Of a stretch of 64,000 bases of DNA, positions 45,558 to 56,089 are shown one piece after another (position 1 is the stretch's first letter; each line of letters begins with the position of its first letter). The DNA comes from a virus, in IMG/VR virus record IMGVR_UViG_3300037245_000806, positions 1 through 64,000 of that record. One strand, 5' to 3'. The notes under the pieces are model-generated. The model searched no databases. It was not told the origin of the DNA and saw only the letters and a program-made list of their open reading frames with translations. Both the position numbers and the translations under genes were made by a program.

Positions 45558-48500
45558 AGCTTCTCCTTGCCAACCAACACAAACACTTTCTCAGGGGGTT
45601 GCTTCTGCGGTCCGAAAGCTGTCCAGCCACGCTCTGCACACATGTCAAGAATAGCGTCTATATCACTTTGATTCGCGCACGTGGCACGGTAAAGGTAATC
45701 GAGAAGGTTAATGCCGTGTCGAACGTTCACTTGATACCGTGACATCGTGTTAAGCGCGCCAGAAGAACTGCCGTAGCCTTCGTCAAAATCCCTTTTCCAT
45801 TGCTCGGGCGTCATCAAGCGCTCTTTGACGTCACTGCCAAATTCGTCACCACGACCGACAACGACGCAATCAGTGCGCAGAGCAAGAGACTTATCAAAGT
45901 AAAGCACGTGATCCTGCTTCGTGGCTGCCTTACGGAAGCCCAAGAATACACCCTGCGTACCGCCATAACCGTAGTCTGACTCAACCGAAGCGCCTGTGTT
46001 GCCTGCGCCCCAGAACGACCTGACATTATGCGCCATGAGAATTGGCAATTCACCCAGCGACTTGATATACGACTTGGTGGTGCTGTTCAAACCATGCCCT
46101 ACATAGAAGTGCTTGCCAAAGAGCTTTTCCAGCTTTGCCCTGTCCCAGCCAAGGCGTTCGTGGCGCATGTACCCCACACTGCCTTCGTCGTACCGCCCGG
46201 CGAGCAATGGTTTGGCCTCAGCCTTAGCCTTGGTCACAGAGATTCCAAGAGCTTTTGCCGTTTGCTTCTGCAAGGCAGACAACGCCAGATCGTCGGCACC
46301 CTTACGGTACAGCTCCATGGCAGTCGTATACTCAGGGGTCACAACGCCAGTACCGTCCGACTTTGGCTTAATTTCGCCACCACTCTGATTCAAGTAGGCC
46401 TGCTTGGACCAGAATAGAATCTCTTTATCCTTCTCCGTAGCCACAGACATATCGATGCCGGTTGCCTGCGCAAAGAGCGTGAACAACGTTGCAATAGTTG
46501 CTGCGGACGCCGTCCCCTCAATGTACCCCCAAGACTGCCCTTGATGGCCTTTAACGCCCGTCTGCAATCCGGGCAGATTGGAGTCCATACCCGTGGAGTT
46601 CACGAAGAGTTTTGCGCCCAACGCCTTGGCCACGATCACAAACTGGTCCTGATTAGCGCCTGCGTAAACGTCATGGCTATCGTGCTGAAGAAGCAACGTG
46701 CCGTCCGCCTCCTGAACTACCTTTGGCCACTTGGCGTGGCTGTTCCCCTTCACGTCGAAAGCCTTCGGCACGTCGGGTTGCTCGTCAGATTCATCGACCT
46801 CAGGGGCTTGCCACAGGAACTCGCCCAGCTTCGGCGTGTGCTTACCCTTATGCGCAAGGAGGTCAGCCATGATAGGCTCAATGTACAAAGTGAGGTATTC
46901 AAGGTACATCCCGGCCATCGAGTTCACGATAGCGTTGGGCTCGTCCATCGGGCCATAAGTTCCAGCCGTCTTACCAGTAGCCTTTATGATCGCTATCAGG
47001 TCGGGCTTGATAGCAAAACAGGCCGCCATGGTCTTCTCGTTTACCGCCATATCCTGATTAGCCCCGCCGCCATCCTCTTCAGGGGCGAGGTGGTAGTTGA
47101 TCGACTTGATCGCGGCTTGGATTTTGGACCAGAAACCGTTCTGCGAGTCCACGGCCAATAGGTGCGGCCCCCCACTCCCCGTCACTTGCTTGATAACACC
47201 GGACTGCTTGAGCAACTTCGGAACAGCAAGCATCCCGGCGTGGCGTGCCATACGGAAATGAATGAGTGTTGCCGGAACCTTCTTACCCGGCGACTTCTCC
47301 CACATCACCGCCTTGACCATCACCTCCTGCTGCTCTATGGAATCACGGTCCACCTTCATCGCTCGCCCGCGTATCGGATACGCGGAGGCTATCGCTATGT
47401 CTTCCGCCTGCGCCTTGCCAAAACCCAAGGTCTTCGGATCAATGCGCAGCCGTGGTGCCTTCATCGACATCTTGATCTTGCCGATCTTCGGCCACTTGAA
47501 GTCGCTCTGAAGCTTCTTCAGCACCTTGGTCCAATCCTTCAGGTAGTTCTTCTGCCGTTTGTACAGCGTGTCAAGAATCTTGGTGCGCTTAGCCCCCGTG
47601 ATATCCTCAGACGCGAAGATGGGCGCGAGGAGCCCCTGAATATGCTTCTCCGTTAGCTTCCTGATCTTCTCGATCATTTCCCGAGCGGCCTTCCAAGCCA
47701 ACTCAGGTATCTCAGCCGTGGAGGCACCCCAATCATTCAGAAGCTTCTTTGCGTAGCCCTCCCCAACATTGCCCTTCGGATGCCAATGGGGGTCGAGACT
47801 CTCCGTAAGGCCCTTGAGTACGAACTTGAAGGCCTGTCCTCGATCAACAGGAACAAGACGCCCGGCCTTGAGTCGCATCCAGTTCCCGCGATGCCCGTCA
47901 TGGTCACCCATGAACATGTCGAGCATATGCTGTGTAAGGATTTCACCCTTGTCTTCATCCGGCAGGTCATTGGGGTCTGACTCAGGCGGCGAGCCTTCAA
48001 GCAATGGCTGGAAACTCCCGAGCTTCCCGTTGAACTCCATTTTCCCGACAGGTACCGTTGGCGTCTTGTCAACAAGCTGCGCCAGTTTGAAGGCTGCAAC
48101 CTCAACGTGTACCCGAACCTCAGCTTGGTCCTTTGGCGTCTTGAAGAACCATTGAAAGCCACCCGGCGAGGAGAGGACAGCGCAAGGATTGCTCCCACCG
48201 CTAATTGTGCCGCCCGTGTCCTTGAAGAGTCCGGGCTCAGGCGCACTGACCTGCTGTAGTATCGCGGGTGAATCGAACGCGATTTTAGCTGTGCCGATCT
48301 TCACGACAGGGGCAATGACGGGCTTCCACGCGGGCACAGCTGCGTATGACTTCTGCACCATTCCCGTCGCCGTGGGCGGCGCACCCACCGGAGCTTTCGT
48401 CTTCTTCGCGAGCTTGTTCTTGCCCTTGTGTGAGGCCTTCATGCGCGCCTTGAGCATACCGATGACAGCTTCGTACACAGGCTTCGTTGCAGCACCGGGT

Positions 48501-51500
48501 ATGAACAAAGACGCCACGTCCTGCACAACTATCTTCGTCATAATCGACCATGCAGGAAACTTGACCTTCTTCATCCACGCCGTGCTGAACGTCGTCATGT
48601 TTGTACCGACGGCCTTCAAATTTCCGCCGTTAGCGTAGAGTTGCTGAATCAACTTATTAGTCTTGGGGTCAGGGTGAGTGAACCACGCGTCGGGATTGCC
48701 AAAGCCTTCGTCACCGGACACCGGGAGGTACGCCCCCATTGCGGTGTCGGTCGCGGACAAAACGATATACTGTCCGGCCTTATTCTGTGAGAACATAAGC
48801 TTGTGCTGCTTCTTCATTGTGTCCGTGACAGCGAGGTAGCCAAGACACACAAGAGGTGCCCCGTGCAGCAGGAACACGTCACCAAACGAGACACCCGGAA
48901 CACTGGCGTGCTGACGTGAGCAATTGAAGGCGGCAGGAGCATACCCCTCTTCTGCTACGACGTCCTTCAGCACCGTGAGCATTTCTTCGTTGACCGGATA
49001 CGGGCACTTGAACAAGAGCGCGCGCCATATGTCAGCCTTGCTGGTGTCCGCAGGGATCGTCTTAGTCTTTGCCATGACCGGTGAGACGACGGGGTAGAAG
49101 TCTTTAGCCTTCGTGGCGTATTCCTTCTTGCCGGTCGGCCCTTCAGCCTCCATCTGCCAATACAGCGTGCGCCAATCGAAATCAGTACCCGACTGCATTA
49201 CAATCGCAGTCGTGACAAAGCCCCCGGTGGTCACGTACCGCATGTAACCAATAACAGTCTGTTGTAGCTTTTCAATTTTGACGGTGACCTTAACGCCGGG
49301 CGGAGGATAGCCCTGATCCAACATCGACAGCGCTGGAATCCATGCCCACGTCTTTGCGTCCGGTAAACTCAATGAAGCAGACACCCACGCCACTGCACCC
49401 GCTGGGACAGCGTAGTCAACAATACTGGCCTGCTGGTCTGTGCCGGTGGCCGCTATCGTGTGCATGTCATTCGGATTGAACGCCACAACGCCGGTCTGCC
49501 CCTCGACGTCCTGCGGACCAGTGACCTGACTATACGCGTCGGCCTTCTCACCCGTGAAGAGGTGCGGCCAACCCTTGTCAAGAAGCCACTTGACCGTGGC
49601 GTCGGTGACCAGCTGATCACGCTTGTGCAGTTCCCCGTACCACGGCAGCTTCTGGTACGAAAGGGGCACTGGCTTGAATGTCACAGCGTCAGTCTCACTG
49701 CCCGCCTTCAGGGGGTCGCCGCCCGTGATATAGCCAATGAAGAATCGCGTGACTGAGTCGTTGCCCTTGAAATCGCCTAGATAACCCACGGGCTTCACGG
49801 CGAGGCCTGTCTCCTCGTACACTTCCCTGACAGCCGTCTGCTCAAGTGACTCGCCCTTGTCCACGGTCCCCTTCGGGTACGTGAGCGTGTACCCGCCGTA
49901 GTCGTTCATCGGGTTGACCAAGAGGAAGAGCGTGCTCGGTGCGGGTGCCATGGACTCGCCGTCGCTCATCATCGCCAGCGGAGGCATGACGGCAATGATA
50001 CCTGCTGAGATGTGTCCTCCCGTGGGGAGCTTCGCCATGGGGGGCTGCTCCACTGGGTCGGGGTCATCCCAGCCGTATGGCAGAGGAACACCCGCCCCGA
50101 TATTGGCGTCATAGGGGGTCTTCAGCGTCAAGCCTTGGCCGTTCATCTTGCTGAAGACCATCTCACCGGTAACCGAATTCATGTCGGCGCTGTGCTTGAA
50201 CGCGATGGTGTAGCTGTTCGCAAGGTCTTCGACTTCGACGAGGTACGTGGCATCGTCGTCCTTGTGCCGCAGGACCGCCAACTTTTCACCTGTTGGCTCG
50301 CCCATCTTCGTCTGGTCTACCCACGCAATCAACTTGATCTTCTGGGGCTCAGTGGCGGGCTTGTACACCAGCTTAGCACCGACAGGGAATGGCGCGTCGT
50401 CTGGCGACGGGACGTAAATCAGTTTGTCTTCCAGCGCCACCTTCTTCGCGGTGCTGCTCAGCGCATAGTTAAGCTTCGGGAACGCAACCACCTCCTTGCC
50501 GGGGGCCGGGAGGAGTTCGTCCACCACGTCCTGCAAAATCTCGATCATGGGGCCATACGCCATGTTCCCTGAGAGCGCCTGCTTAAAATTGATGTTCCCC
50601 TTCTCAGTCATGATGATGTAGTAGTGCTTCGGCGAATCGCCATCTGGTTGTCGCGCGTACCCGATGATCGTGCGCGTCTTGGCGTGCCCGTAAGCAAGCT
50701 TCCCCCCAAGATCAAACATGAAGATGGGGCTGTCGCCCTTCGTGAGGGGTACAAAGCCCTTCTTCGCGATGAACTGAAGTGCCTCCGGGGTGCCTGACAT
50801 CTTCGACGGGCCAGCCTCCGAGTCCAGCGCGTCTTCAGCACCTCGCTCGGGTCGCGGACCTTCGGGCTCATAGCTGGACGTGACCGGCTTGCCTATGGAC
50901 GCGTAATCGATGACGTAGTAATTGGGGTACGTGATTGTGTTGCCGCTCAGCGTGATGGTGTCGAACGCATATGCCAAGACAACCTTGCCGTCGTCTGTAT
51001 CGAAGGCACTGACAAGGGTGTAATCCTTGTCGCCGAGCGCAACAGGGCCACCGGCAGAAAAGCCCGGCGGCAGGCTAATCGCAGACGCCGTTGTCCAATT
51101 CGGTATGGTCACGTACTTCTCGCCGGTCATCGTGCCGTCAACGTGCGTGGCAATGTCTACACCACTGTCCTCAATCGACTCCTTCAACTGAGTCTCGACA
51201 TTGCACCCTGTCGCTGACGCATGCAGGCGCAACAGCTGATACATACCGTCGTCAAAGCCAAGGACCAAGTAGTTCCCCAGACCTTGCCGCTTAACGATGG
51301 TGCCGATCTCGAACTTCATCGGAGGCCCGCCTTCAGTGGCGGTCGTGGGCGTGCCAGCTATTTCCGGCGTTTGCGAGGCCACGTTCAAGACATTCGGGTC
51401 TTTCCAGCCCGACAACTTGATGTTGCCCTCCGAAATGATATCAGCGAAGTCACCGTCATCCTGCCAGATTAGCTCGCCGTCAGGATTGCGGATGATGATG

Positions 51501-53305
51501 ATCAAACCCTCGGGCGTCGTATACACCGCGAGGAACACGAACACGTCGCCGTTCTTGTCTGTGAGCGTCATGCCCTCTGAGAGGTGCCCGCTAAAACGAT
51601 TGTAAGCCGCCATTGACGAGTCTGTGTCATTGAACGACGCCTTCTCAAATGTCGTGTAGTGGTTGGGGAAGTCAGCCGCGAGAAGCTCGTCGATCTCGCC
51701 TTCCTGCGTCGTAACAGGCTCCTGCACAGCCGCAGGTGCCACCACAGTCTGGCCATACAGAGTTCCGGGCATGTCCTTGTGCGCCTGCTTGACGACAGTC
51801 GTGCCTCCGGTCAGATCGCTGGTAAAATTGTGGTCCAAGATACCTACCACTTTGCCCTGCGGATTCTCGACCATGTGTACGACCGTACCTGACGCGTTCT
51901 TCCACGCGCCAAGATACACGTAGTCCACGCCAGCCAACGTTATTATGGAGTAAACACCCAAGGGCGTCTTCTTACCCAACGCCACGAACGCCGCCTTGGT
52001 GCTCTTGACCGGGGTGGTCTTTGAGTTCTTCCAAGCAGGGCCGCTGAGATACTTGGCGACCTTCGCCTTTTCCGACTTCTTCGCAAGCGTCTGCTGAAGC
52101 TTGATGCCGTCCTTGGGTATCGGGTTGCCCTTCACGAACTGCTCGAAGTATGGGCGCACGTCAGCGTCACGTGGGATGTTCTCTAGAATGTGCTGCCAGT
52201 TGCCCTTCTTCCAATCGGCGATGAAGATATGAAAGAGGTTACCGGCAAGCTTGTTCTGTGCTGTCCATCGCCGAGCGGAGCCGAGAAGCTTCTTGGCAAA
52301 TGGCGGCGGAATGTTCTTGCCGTAGTACGCCTTCCATACGAGCGAGATCACCTCGGCCTCAACGCCGCTGAACTTCGGATCGCCAGCTGAGGAGACGTAC
52401 CGACCGCCGTCAGGATGGAAGTAGGAGATGCACGTGTTGATCGTGTCATTGTACGATAACCACGACAGCGGATTCTGGCCATACTTCGGCGGCTTCGCCG
52501 ATAGCTCGTTGTACTCCTTGACGATATCAGGCGCTTCCGTGGCGAGGATGAAGTACGCCACGAATGGAGCCCACACAAGCTTCGCAGCCTGCTTCGGGTT
52601 CATGCCCGTGAAGACATACTTCTTGAACGCCTCCAAGACCAGCTTATCGTCAGGCGGCGTGTTGCGCTTGAGGAACGCAAGGTCACGTGAGGCGGCAATG
52701 CGATACTCAACGTCTTCCGCCATCATCGCACGATACAGCGTTCGGAACGGGTTCGGTGTGTGATAGCGCCTGTACACCGCGTTCCCGACAGCCTCAGCGC
52801 TCTGACCGAATGCCTGCCTGAGGTCCAGTGGCCATCCTGTTGCACGCATGTAGTTCTCAGTGAAACGCGCTGCCTTGCGTGGGTTCAGATCGTACTCGTA
52901 ACGCCACGCGCCGAGTGCGAAGCGATTGTACACACCTTCCGGGCGAAGGGTCATGAGTTCCGTCACGGGATCAGCCGGAATGATGCCCTGCTCAACTGAC
53001 TCCTTGAAGACCCGGTCGGACCACGCACGCCCGCTGGCTGAACCGTGTAGGTACCACGATTGAATCAGCGCGGAGTCCTGAAGGGTCTTGAAGGATTGCA
53101 CCTCTTCGAGATACGGCTTCGCGTTGACCGCGAAGAAGCGGTGCAGCTTGGCAACAACATCGAGAGTCACGTGACCGCTGGCGAGAGCCTCAGCCATACT
53201 GAAACCAGCGACACCGGGTAGCTTCCCCTCGGGATCACTGTGGGCGTCTAGGCCCTTCTGGGCGGCACGCTGAACAATCGCTGGAACGATGAAGGTCATT
53301 GGCAT
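45554..53305 (-). CDS. giant multidomain (polyvalent-like) protein: Nudix, HipA/PI3K-like kinase, possible ADP-ribosyltransferase
   Basis: GTVDKGESLEQTAVREVYEETGL; GGS..WFFK..E..DHDGHRGN..VDRG; ATG 53305 with GAGGG RBS. Confidence 0.85.
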   Translation of the reverse strand: MPMTFIVPAIVQRAAQKGLDAHSDPEGKLPGVAGFSMAEALASGHVTLDVVAKLHRFFAVNAKPYLEEVQSFKTLQDSALIQSWYLHGSASGRAWSDRVFKESVEQGIIPADPVTELMTLRPEGVYNRFALGAWRYEYDLNPRKAARFTENYMRATGWPLDLRQAFGQSAEAVGNAVYRRYHTPNPFRTLYRAMMAEDVEYRIAASRDLAFLKRNTPPDDKLVLEAFKKYVFTGMNPKQAAKLVWAPFVAYFILATEAPDIVKEYNELSAKPPKYGQNPLSWLSYNDTINTCISYFHPDGGRYVSSAGDPKFSGVEAEVISLVWKAYYGKNIPPPFAKKLLGSARRWTAQNKLAGNLFHIFIADWKKGNWQHILENIPRDADVRPYFEQFVKGNPIPKDGIKLQQTLAKKSEKAKVAKYLSGPAWKNSKTTPVKSTKAAFVALGKKTPLGVYSIITLAGVDYVYLGAWKNASGTVVHMVENPQGKVVGILDHNFTSDLTGGTTVVKQAHKDMPGTLYGQTVVAPAAVQEPVTTQEGEIDELLAADFPNHYTTFEKASFNDTDSSMAAYNRFSGHLSEGMTLTDKNGDVFVFLAVYTTPEGLIIIIRNPDGELIWQDDGDFADIISEGNIKLSGWKDPNVLNVASQTPEIAGTPTTATEGGPPMKFEIGTIVKRQGLGNYLVLGFDDGMYQLLRLHASATGCNVETQLKESIEDSGVDIATHVDGTMTGEKYVTIPNWTTASAISLPPGFSAGGPVALGDKDYTLVSAFDTDDGKVVLAYAFDTITLSGNTITYPNYYVIDYASIGKPVTSSYEPEGPRPERGAEDALDSEAGPSKMSGTPEALQFIAKKGFVPLTKGDSPIFMFDLGGKLAYGHAKTRTIIGYARQPDGDSPKHYYIIMTEKGNINFKQALSGNMAYGPMIEILQDVVDELLPAPGKEVVAFPKLNYALSSTAKKVALEDKLIYVPSPDDAPFPVGAKLVYKPATEPQKIKLIAWVDQTKMGEPTGEKLAVLRHKDDDATYLVEVEDLANSYTIAFKHSADMNSVTGEMVFSKMNGQGLTLKTPYDANIGAGVPLPYGWDDPDPVEQPPMAKLPTGGHISAGIIAVMPPLAMMSDGESMAPAPSTLFLLVNPMNDYGGYTLTYPKGTVDKGESLEQTAVREVYEETGLAVKPVGYLGDFKGNDSVTRFFIGYITGGDPLKAGSETDAVTFKPVPLSYQKLPWYGELHKRDQLVTDATVKWLLDKGWPHLFTGEKADAYSQVTGPQDVEGQTGVVAFNPNDMHTIAATGTDQQASIVDYAVPAGAVAWVSASLSLPDAKTWAWIPALSMLDQGYPPPGVKVTVKIEKLQQTVIGYMRYVTTGGFVTTAIVMQSGTDFDWRTLYWQMEAEGPTGKKEYATKAKDFYPVVSPVMAKTKTIPADTSKADIWRALLFKCPYPVNEEMLTVLKDVVAEEGYAPAAFNCSRQHASVPGVSFGDVFLLHGAPLVCLGYLAVTDTMKKQHKLMFSQNKAGQYIVLSATDTAMGAYLPVSGDEGFGNPDAWFTHPDPKTNKLIQQLYANGGNLKAVGTNMTTFSTAWMKKVKFPAWSIMTKIVVQDVASLFIPGAATKPVYEAVIGMLKARMKASHKGKNKLAKKTKAPVGAPPTATGMVQKSYAAVPAWKPVIAPVVKIGTAKIAFDSPAILQQVSAPEPGLFKDTGGTISGGSNPCAVLSSPGGFQWFFKTPKDQAEVRVHVEVAAFKLAQLVDKTPTVPVGKMEFNGKLGSFQPLLEGSPPESDPNDLPDEDKGEILTQHMLDMFMGDHDGHRGNWMRLKAGRLVPVDRGQAFKFVLKGLTESLDPHWHPKGNVGEGYAKKLLNDWGASTAEIPELAWKAAREMIEKIRKLTEKHIQGLLAPIFASEDITGAKRTKILDTLYKRQKNYLKDWTKVLKKLQSDFKWPKIGKIKMSMKAPRLRIDPKTLGFGKAQAEDIAIASAYPIRGRAMKVDRDSIEQQEVMVKAVMWEKSPGKKVPATLIHFRMARHAGMLAVPKLLKQSGVIKQVTGSGGPHLLAVDSQNGFWSKIQAAIKSINYHLAPEEDGGGANQDMAVNEKTMAACFAIKPDLIAIIKATGKTAGTYGPMDEPNAIVNSMAGMYLEYLTLYIEPIMADLLAHKGKHTPKLGEFLWQAPEVDESDEQPDVPKAFDVKGNSHAKWPKVVQEADGTLLLQHDSHDVYAGANQDQFVIVAKALGAKLFVNSTGMDSNLPGLQTGVKGHQGQSWGYIEGTASAATIATLFTLFAQATGIDMSVATEKDKEILFWSKQAYLNQSGGEIKPKSDGTGVVTPEYTTAMELYRKGADDLALSALQKQTAKALGISVTKAKAEAKPLLAGRYDEGSVGYMRHERLGWDRAKLEKLFGKHFYVGHGLNSTTKSYIKSLGELPILMAHNVRSFWGAGNTGASVESDYGYGGTQGVFLGFRKAATKQDHVLYFDKSLALRTDCVVVGRGDEFGSDVKERLMTPEQWKRDFDEGYGSSSGALNTMSRYQVNVRHGINLLDYLYRATCANQSDIDAILDMCAERGWTAFGPQKQPPEKVFVLVGKEKL

Positions 53306-53317
53306 AATTAGCCCTCG

Positions 53318-53330
53318 TAACACTGTGTTA
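53318..53330. promoter_or_regulatory. palindromic operator-like site 11 (TAACACTGTGTTA)
   Basis: abuts RBS of the giant ORF; only copy with inverted centre. Confidence 0.75.
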
Positions 53331-53353
53331 AGCGGTTGCGGACATTATGCACT

Positions 53354-54571
53354 TTAGATGGCAGGCGTCAAGGCCTGCCAATCGGCATCTTCTCCATGAA
53401 CCTGCTCGACCCAACGCATACGAATCGTGTCAACGTGAGTTGGGCTCATCTCAGCCATGTAGCAGACACGACCGAGCGCCTCAGCTGCGGCGAGCGCGGT
53501 ACCCGATCCACCGAAGGGATCGAAGACAATTTGGCCTTCCGAGGTCGAGTCCTCAACCATCTGGGTAATCAATTCCACGGGTTTCTGGCAGGGGTGCAGC
53601 TTGTTGACCTTGGGCTGCGGGTACTCAAAGACATTCGAGCAAATCCGGTTCGGCTTCGGCAACGCAACGCCAGCACGACCGCCGTAAAGGAGGAGGTCGA
53701 ACTGATGCATGTAGTCACCCTGCGTGAGGTTCCACGAGTCCTTCGCCCACATGAGCCACTGGTGTACCTCGCCCTTGTTCATTAGCCATGACTCGAAGAG
53801 GTTGGGCAGGAAGCGACTCGCGCAAAAGACATACGACGCGCCCTTCGTGACAGACAGGATGGTCTTGCACATGGCAGTCAGGAACATCGCCCACGAATCG
53901 CTGTCCATGTCGTCGTTATCAATGCCCTCCCACGAGTAGTTCTCGTAATCGACATTGTACGGCGGGTCGGTGATGCAGACGTGCGCCTTCTTGCGCCCGA
54001 AGAGGTCGAGCACTGCGCCGGGTTGCATGATGTCGCAGCACGCGAGACGGTGCTTGCCCAACTTATAAATGGTGTCCTTCTTCGACGCGGCTTTGTCTGG
54101 TGCCTCGGGTGTCTTGTCCTTCGCCCTGTTCTGAAGCTTCTTATCCTTCGGCAACAGCGCGTGAATGGACTCCTGTAGCTCAGCGAAACCCATCACGTCA
54201 AGCTGCGGCAATGACTTGCGTATCGACTCAAGCTGAGGGAGCGCCTTCTCCGCGTCCCAATGGCCCTGCACCGCTGGGTTATTCATCACGAGGTTCGCCG
54301 TCTTCTCAGTCACCTCATCGAACTCGACGACGATGCAGTCCACGAACTCAAAGCCCTCCTCAACGAGGCCTCTGATTCGCTGATGCCCCGAAATGCAGCG
54401 CGGAGGATCGACGGCAACGTTGACCACCGGTACTTCGAGAAGGGTCAGCGCGCGGAGGGATTCCTTGAGCCCGCGAAGAGCGTCGGGCGTGATGTCTCGC
54501 GGGTTGTAGTCGGCAAGCTCGATGTCAGCTAGGCGAAGCTTCCGGGTCTCCGGCTGAAGCGCTGCGGGCAT
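53354..54571 (-). CDS. ParB-N domain plus N6A/N4C DNA methyltransferase (beta class)
   Basis: YNPR..SGHQR; TDPPYN, HPCQKPVEL, FDPFGGSGT. Confidence 0.9.
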   Translation of the reverse strand: MPAALQPETRKLRLADIELADYNPRDITPDALRGLKESLRALTLLEVPVVNVAVDPPRCISGHQRIRGLVEEGFEFVDCIVVEFDEVTEKTANLVMNNPAVQGHWDAEKALPQLESIRKSLPQLDVMGFAELQESIHALLPKDKKLQNRAKDKTPEAPDKAASKKDTIYKLGKHRLACCDIMQPGAVLDLFGRKKAHVCITDPPYNVDYENYSWEGIDNDDMDSDSWAMFLTAMCKTILSVTKGASYVFCASRFLPNLFESWLMNKGEVHQWLMWAKDSWNLTQGDYMHQFDLLLYGGRAGVALPKPNRICSNVFEYPQPKVNKLHPCQKPVELITQMVEDSTSEGQIVFDPFGGSGTALAAAEALGRVCYMAEMSPTHVDTIRMRWVEQVHGEDADWQALTPAI

Positions 54572-54812
54572 TTTTGGTCTCCTTCACAACTTGCGCGAGC
54601 GCGTGTGCGCGTGCGCCGTTACTCGACATGGCTCTCAGCCGGGTGTAAAGCCTGTGCGCTGATTCAGCGGTCTCGCGCACGATCTTACTGGTTTCAGACT
54701 CAGGGTCATCAAGTTCCTTGAGCCTTTGCGCCGCCCTCTCTGCAATAGCCTTGCGCAACTCAGGTGACAACGCGCTGAGCGCCGCGTGTAGTTTGTTCTT
54801 TGAAGCCGTCAA
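54525..54812 (-). CDS. small helical hypothetical protein
   Basis: TTG start overlapping the upstream TGA; fills gap between the two MTase genes. Confidence 0.5.
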   Translation of the reverse strand: MTASKNKLHAALSALSPELRKAIAERAAQRLKELDDPESETSKIVRETAESAHRLYTRLRAMSSNGARAHALAQVVKETKNARSASAGDPEASPS

Positions 54813-56089
54813 TCGATCATTGGTGTCACGGCCTGCCACTTCGCCCCCTCGCCATGTACGAACGTGGCCCATCGCTTCCGCACGATGTCGCAGAGCCGGG
54901 GCGTTCGCACGTATCCGATGAGCCGACGACCTGTCTTCTCAGCTGCAATGACCGTGGCCCCTGTGCCCATGTTCGGATCAAGCACGGTGTCGCCGATCTT
55001 CGAGGAGTCCATGATCGCGCGAGTCACGATCTCGACCGGCAACTTCGTCGTGGGCTTACGCTTCAAGCGGAACAGATTGCCAACGCTGCGCTCGCCCTTC
55101 ACCGCATTCCTCGCACGGAAGTATCGAGGAGAGCCTTCGCGCCAACCGTAGAGGACCGGAATCGTCGCCTCCCGGTAAGGGTACTTGGAGCTTGCCTTGA
55201 GCGAAGGGATCATCCACGCAAGCGTGTTGGACCAATGCCCCCCGAGCGCCACGAACCTTTGGTGGAGTCGCGGCAGCGTGAGAAGATTACTCGCTACGTA
55301 GACGTTGCCGTCAGTGTTATCGAGCGTGTGCTGAAGCATGACGTTCAAGAAGTCTTCGTTCACGTGCTTGGTCTCAGCGATGCACGTGAAAGCCATATCG
55401 GCGACCTTGACAGGAAAGCCTTCAAGGCTCCCCGGCTTCTCAATGGCGGCGCAAGCAATGACGTGCTCGCCCAGCTGATAGAGCCGTCCCCGTACTGACT
55501 CGGGTGATGTGCGCGCCACGGAGGGCTCAATATCCTCGTCAACCTTGCCGTGATTCTCGACGTCGTCAACGCCAGCCACAGCGCGAAGACTCCGCAAGGT
55601 GGTCTTGAGAAGTGAGTCCAGCCGCAGTGACTTGAGTTGCTTCTGTGCCTTGTCCCCGAGGGTCGAGCCGATGTCAGCGAGTAGTCGCTTCGTGAGTTCC
55701 GGTATGAAGTGCCCCCGGATGGTGCCGTTGTTGAGCGCGAAGTTGGCCCGGCGCTCCGTGGCATCATCGAAGCGGACGACAATGCAGCTAACCTCCTCCA
55801 CGCCATGAGCGATAAGCTGCCGGATGCGCTGGTGACCGCCGACGATACGCGCGCTGCCCTTGCGTAGGTTCACGACAGGGAAGGCGAGCAACCCCAGCTG
55901 CTGAAGGCTATTCGAGAGCCCGGTGAGCGCGTCCTGCGTAATGGACCTCGCGTTGTACGGGGCCTCTTCGAGCGCTGCTATGTTGAGGGTCTTCAGGGTG
56001 ACGCTGGCGTACTTCGGGTCGGCCTTCGGCTTCTTCACCGCAGACTTGCTCTTCTTCTTGGCGCTCTTCTTCTTCTTACGGGCAACCAT
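54809..56089 (-). CDS. ParB-N domain plus degenerate DNA methyltransferase
   Basis: YNAR..GGHQR; AFTCIA in place of TDPPY; VLDPNMGTGAT. Confidence 0.8.
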   Translation of the reverse strand: MVARKKKKSAKKKSKSAVKKPKADPKYASVTLKTLNIAALEEAPYNARSITQDALTGLSNSLQQLGLLAFPVVNLRKGSARIVGGHQRIRQLIAHGVEEVSCIVVRFDDATERRANFALNNGTIRGHFIPELTKRLLADIGSTLGDKAQKQLKSLRLDSLLKTTLRSLRAVAGVDDVENHGKVDEDIEPSVARTSPESVRGRLYQLGEHVIACAAIEKPGSLEGFPVKVADMAFTCIAETKHVNEDFLNVMLQHTLDNTDGNVYVASNLLTLPRLHQRFVALGGHWSNTLAWMIPSLKASSKYPYREATIPVLYGWREGSPRYFRARNAVKGERSVGNLFRLKRKPTTKLPVEIVTRAIMDSSKIGDTVLDPNMGTGATVIAAEKTGRRLIGYVRTPRLCDIVRKRWATFVHGEGAKWQAVTPMID

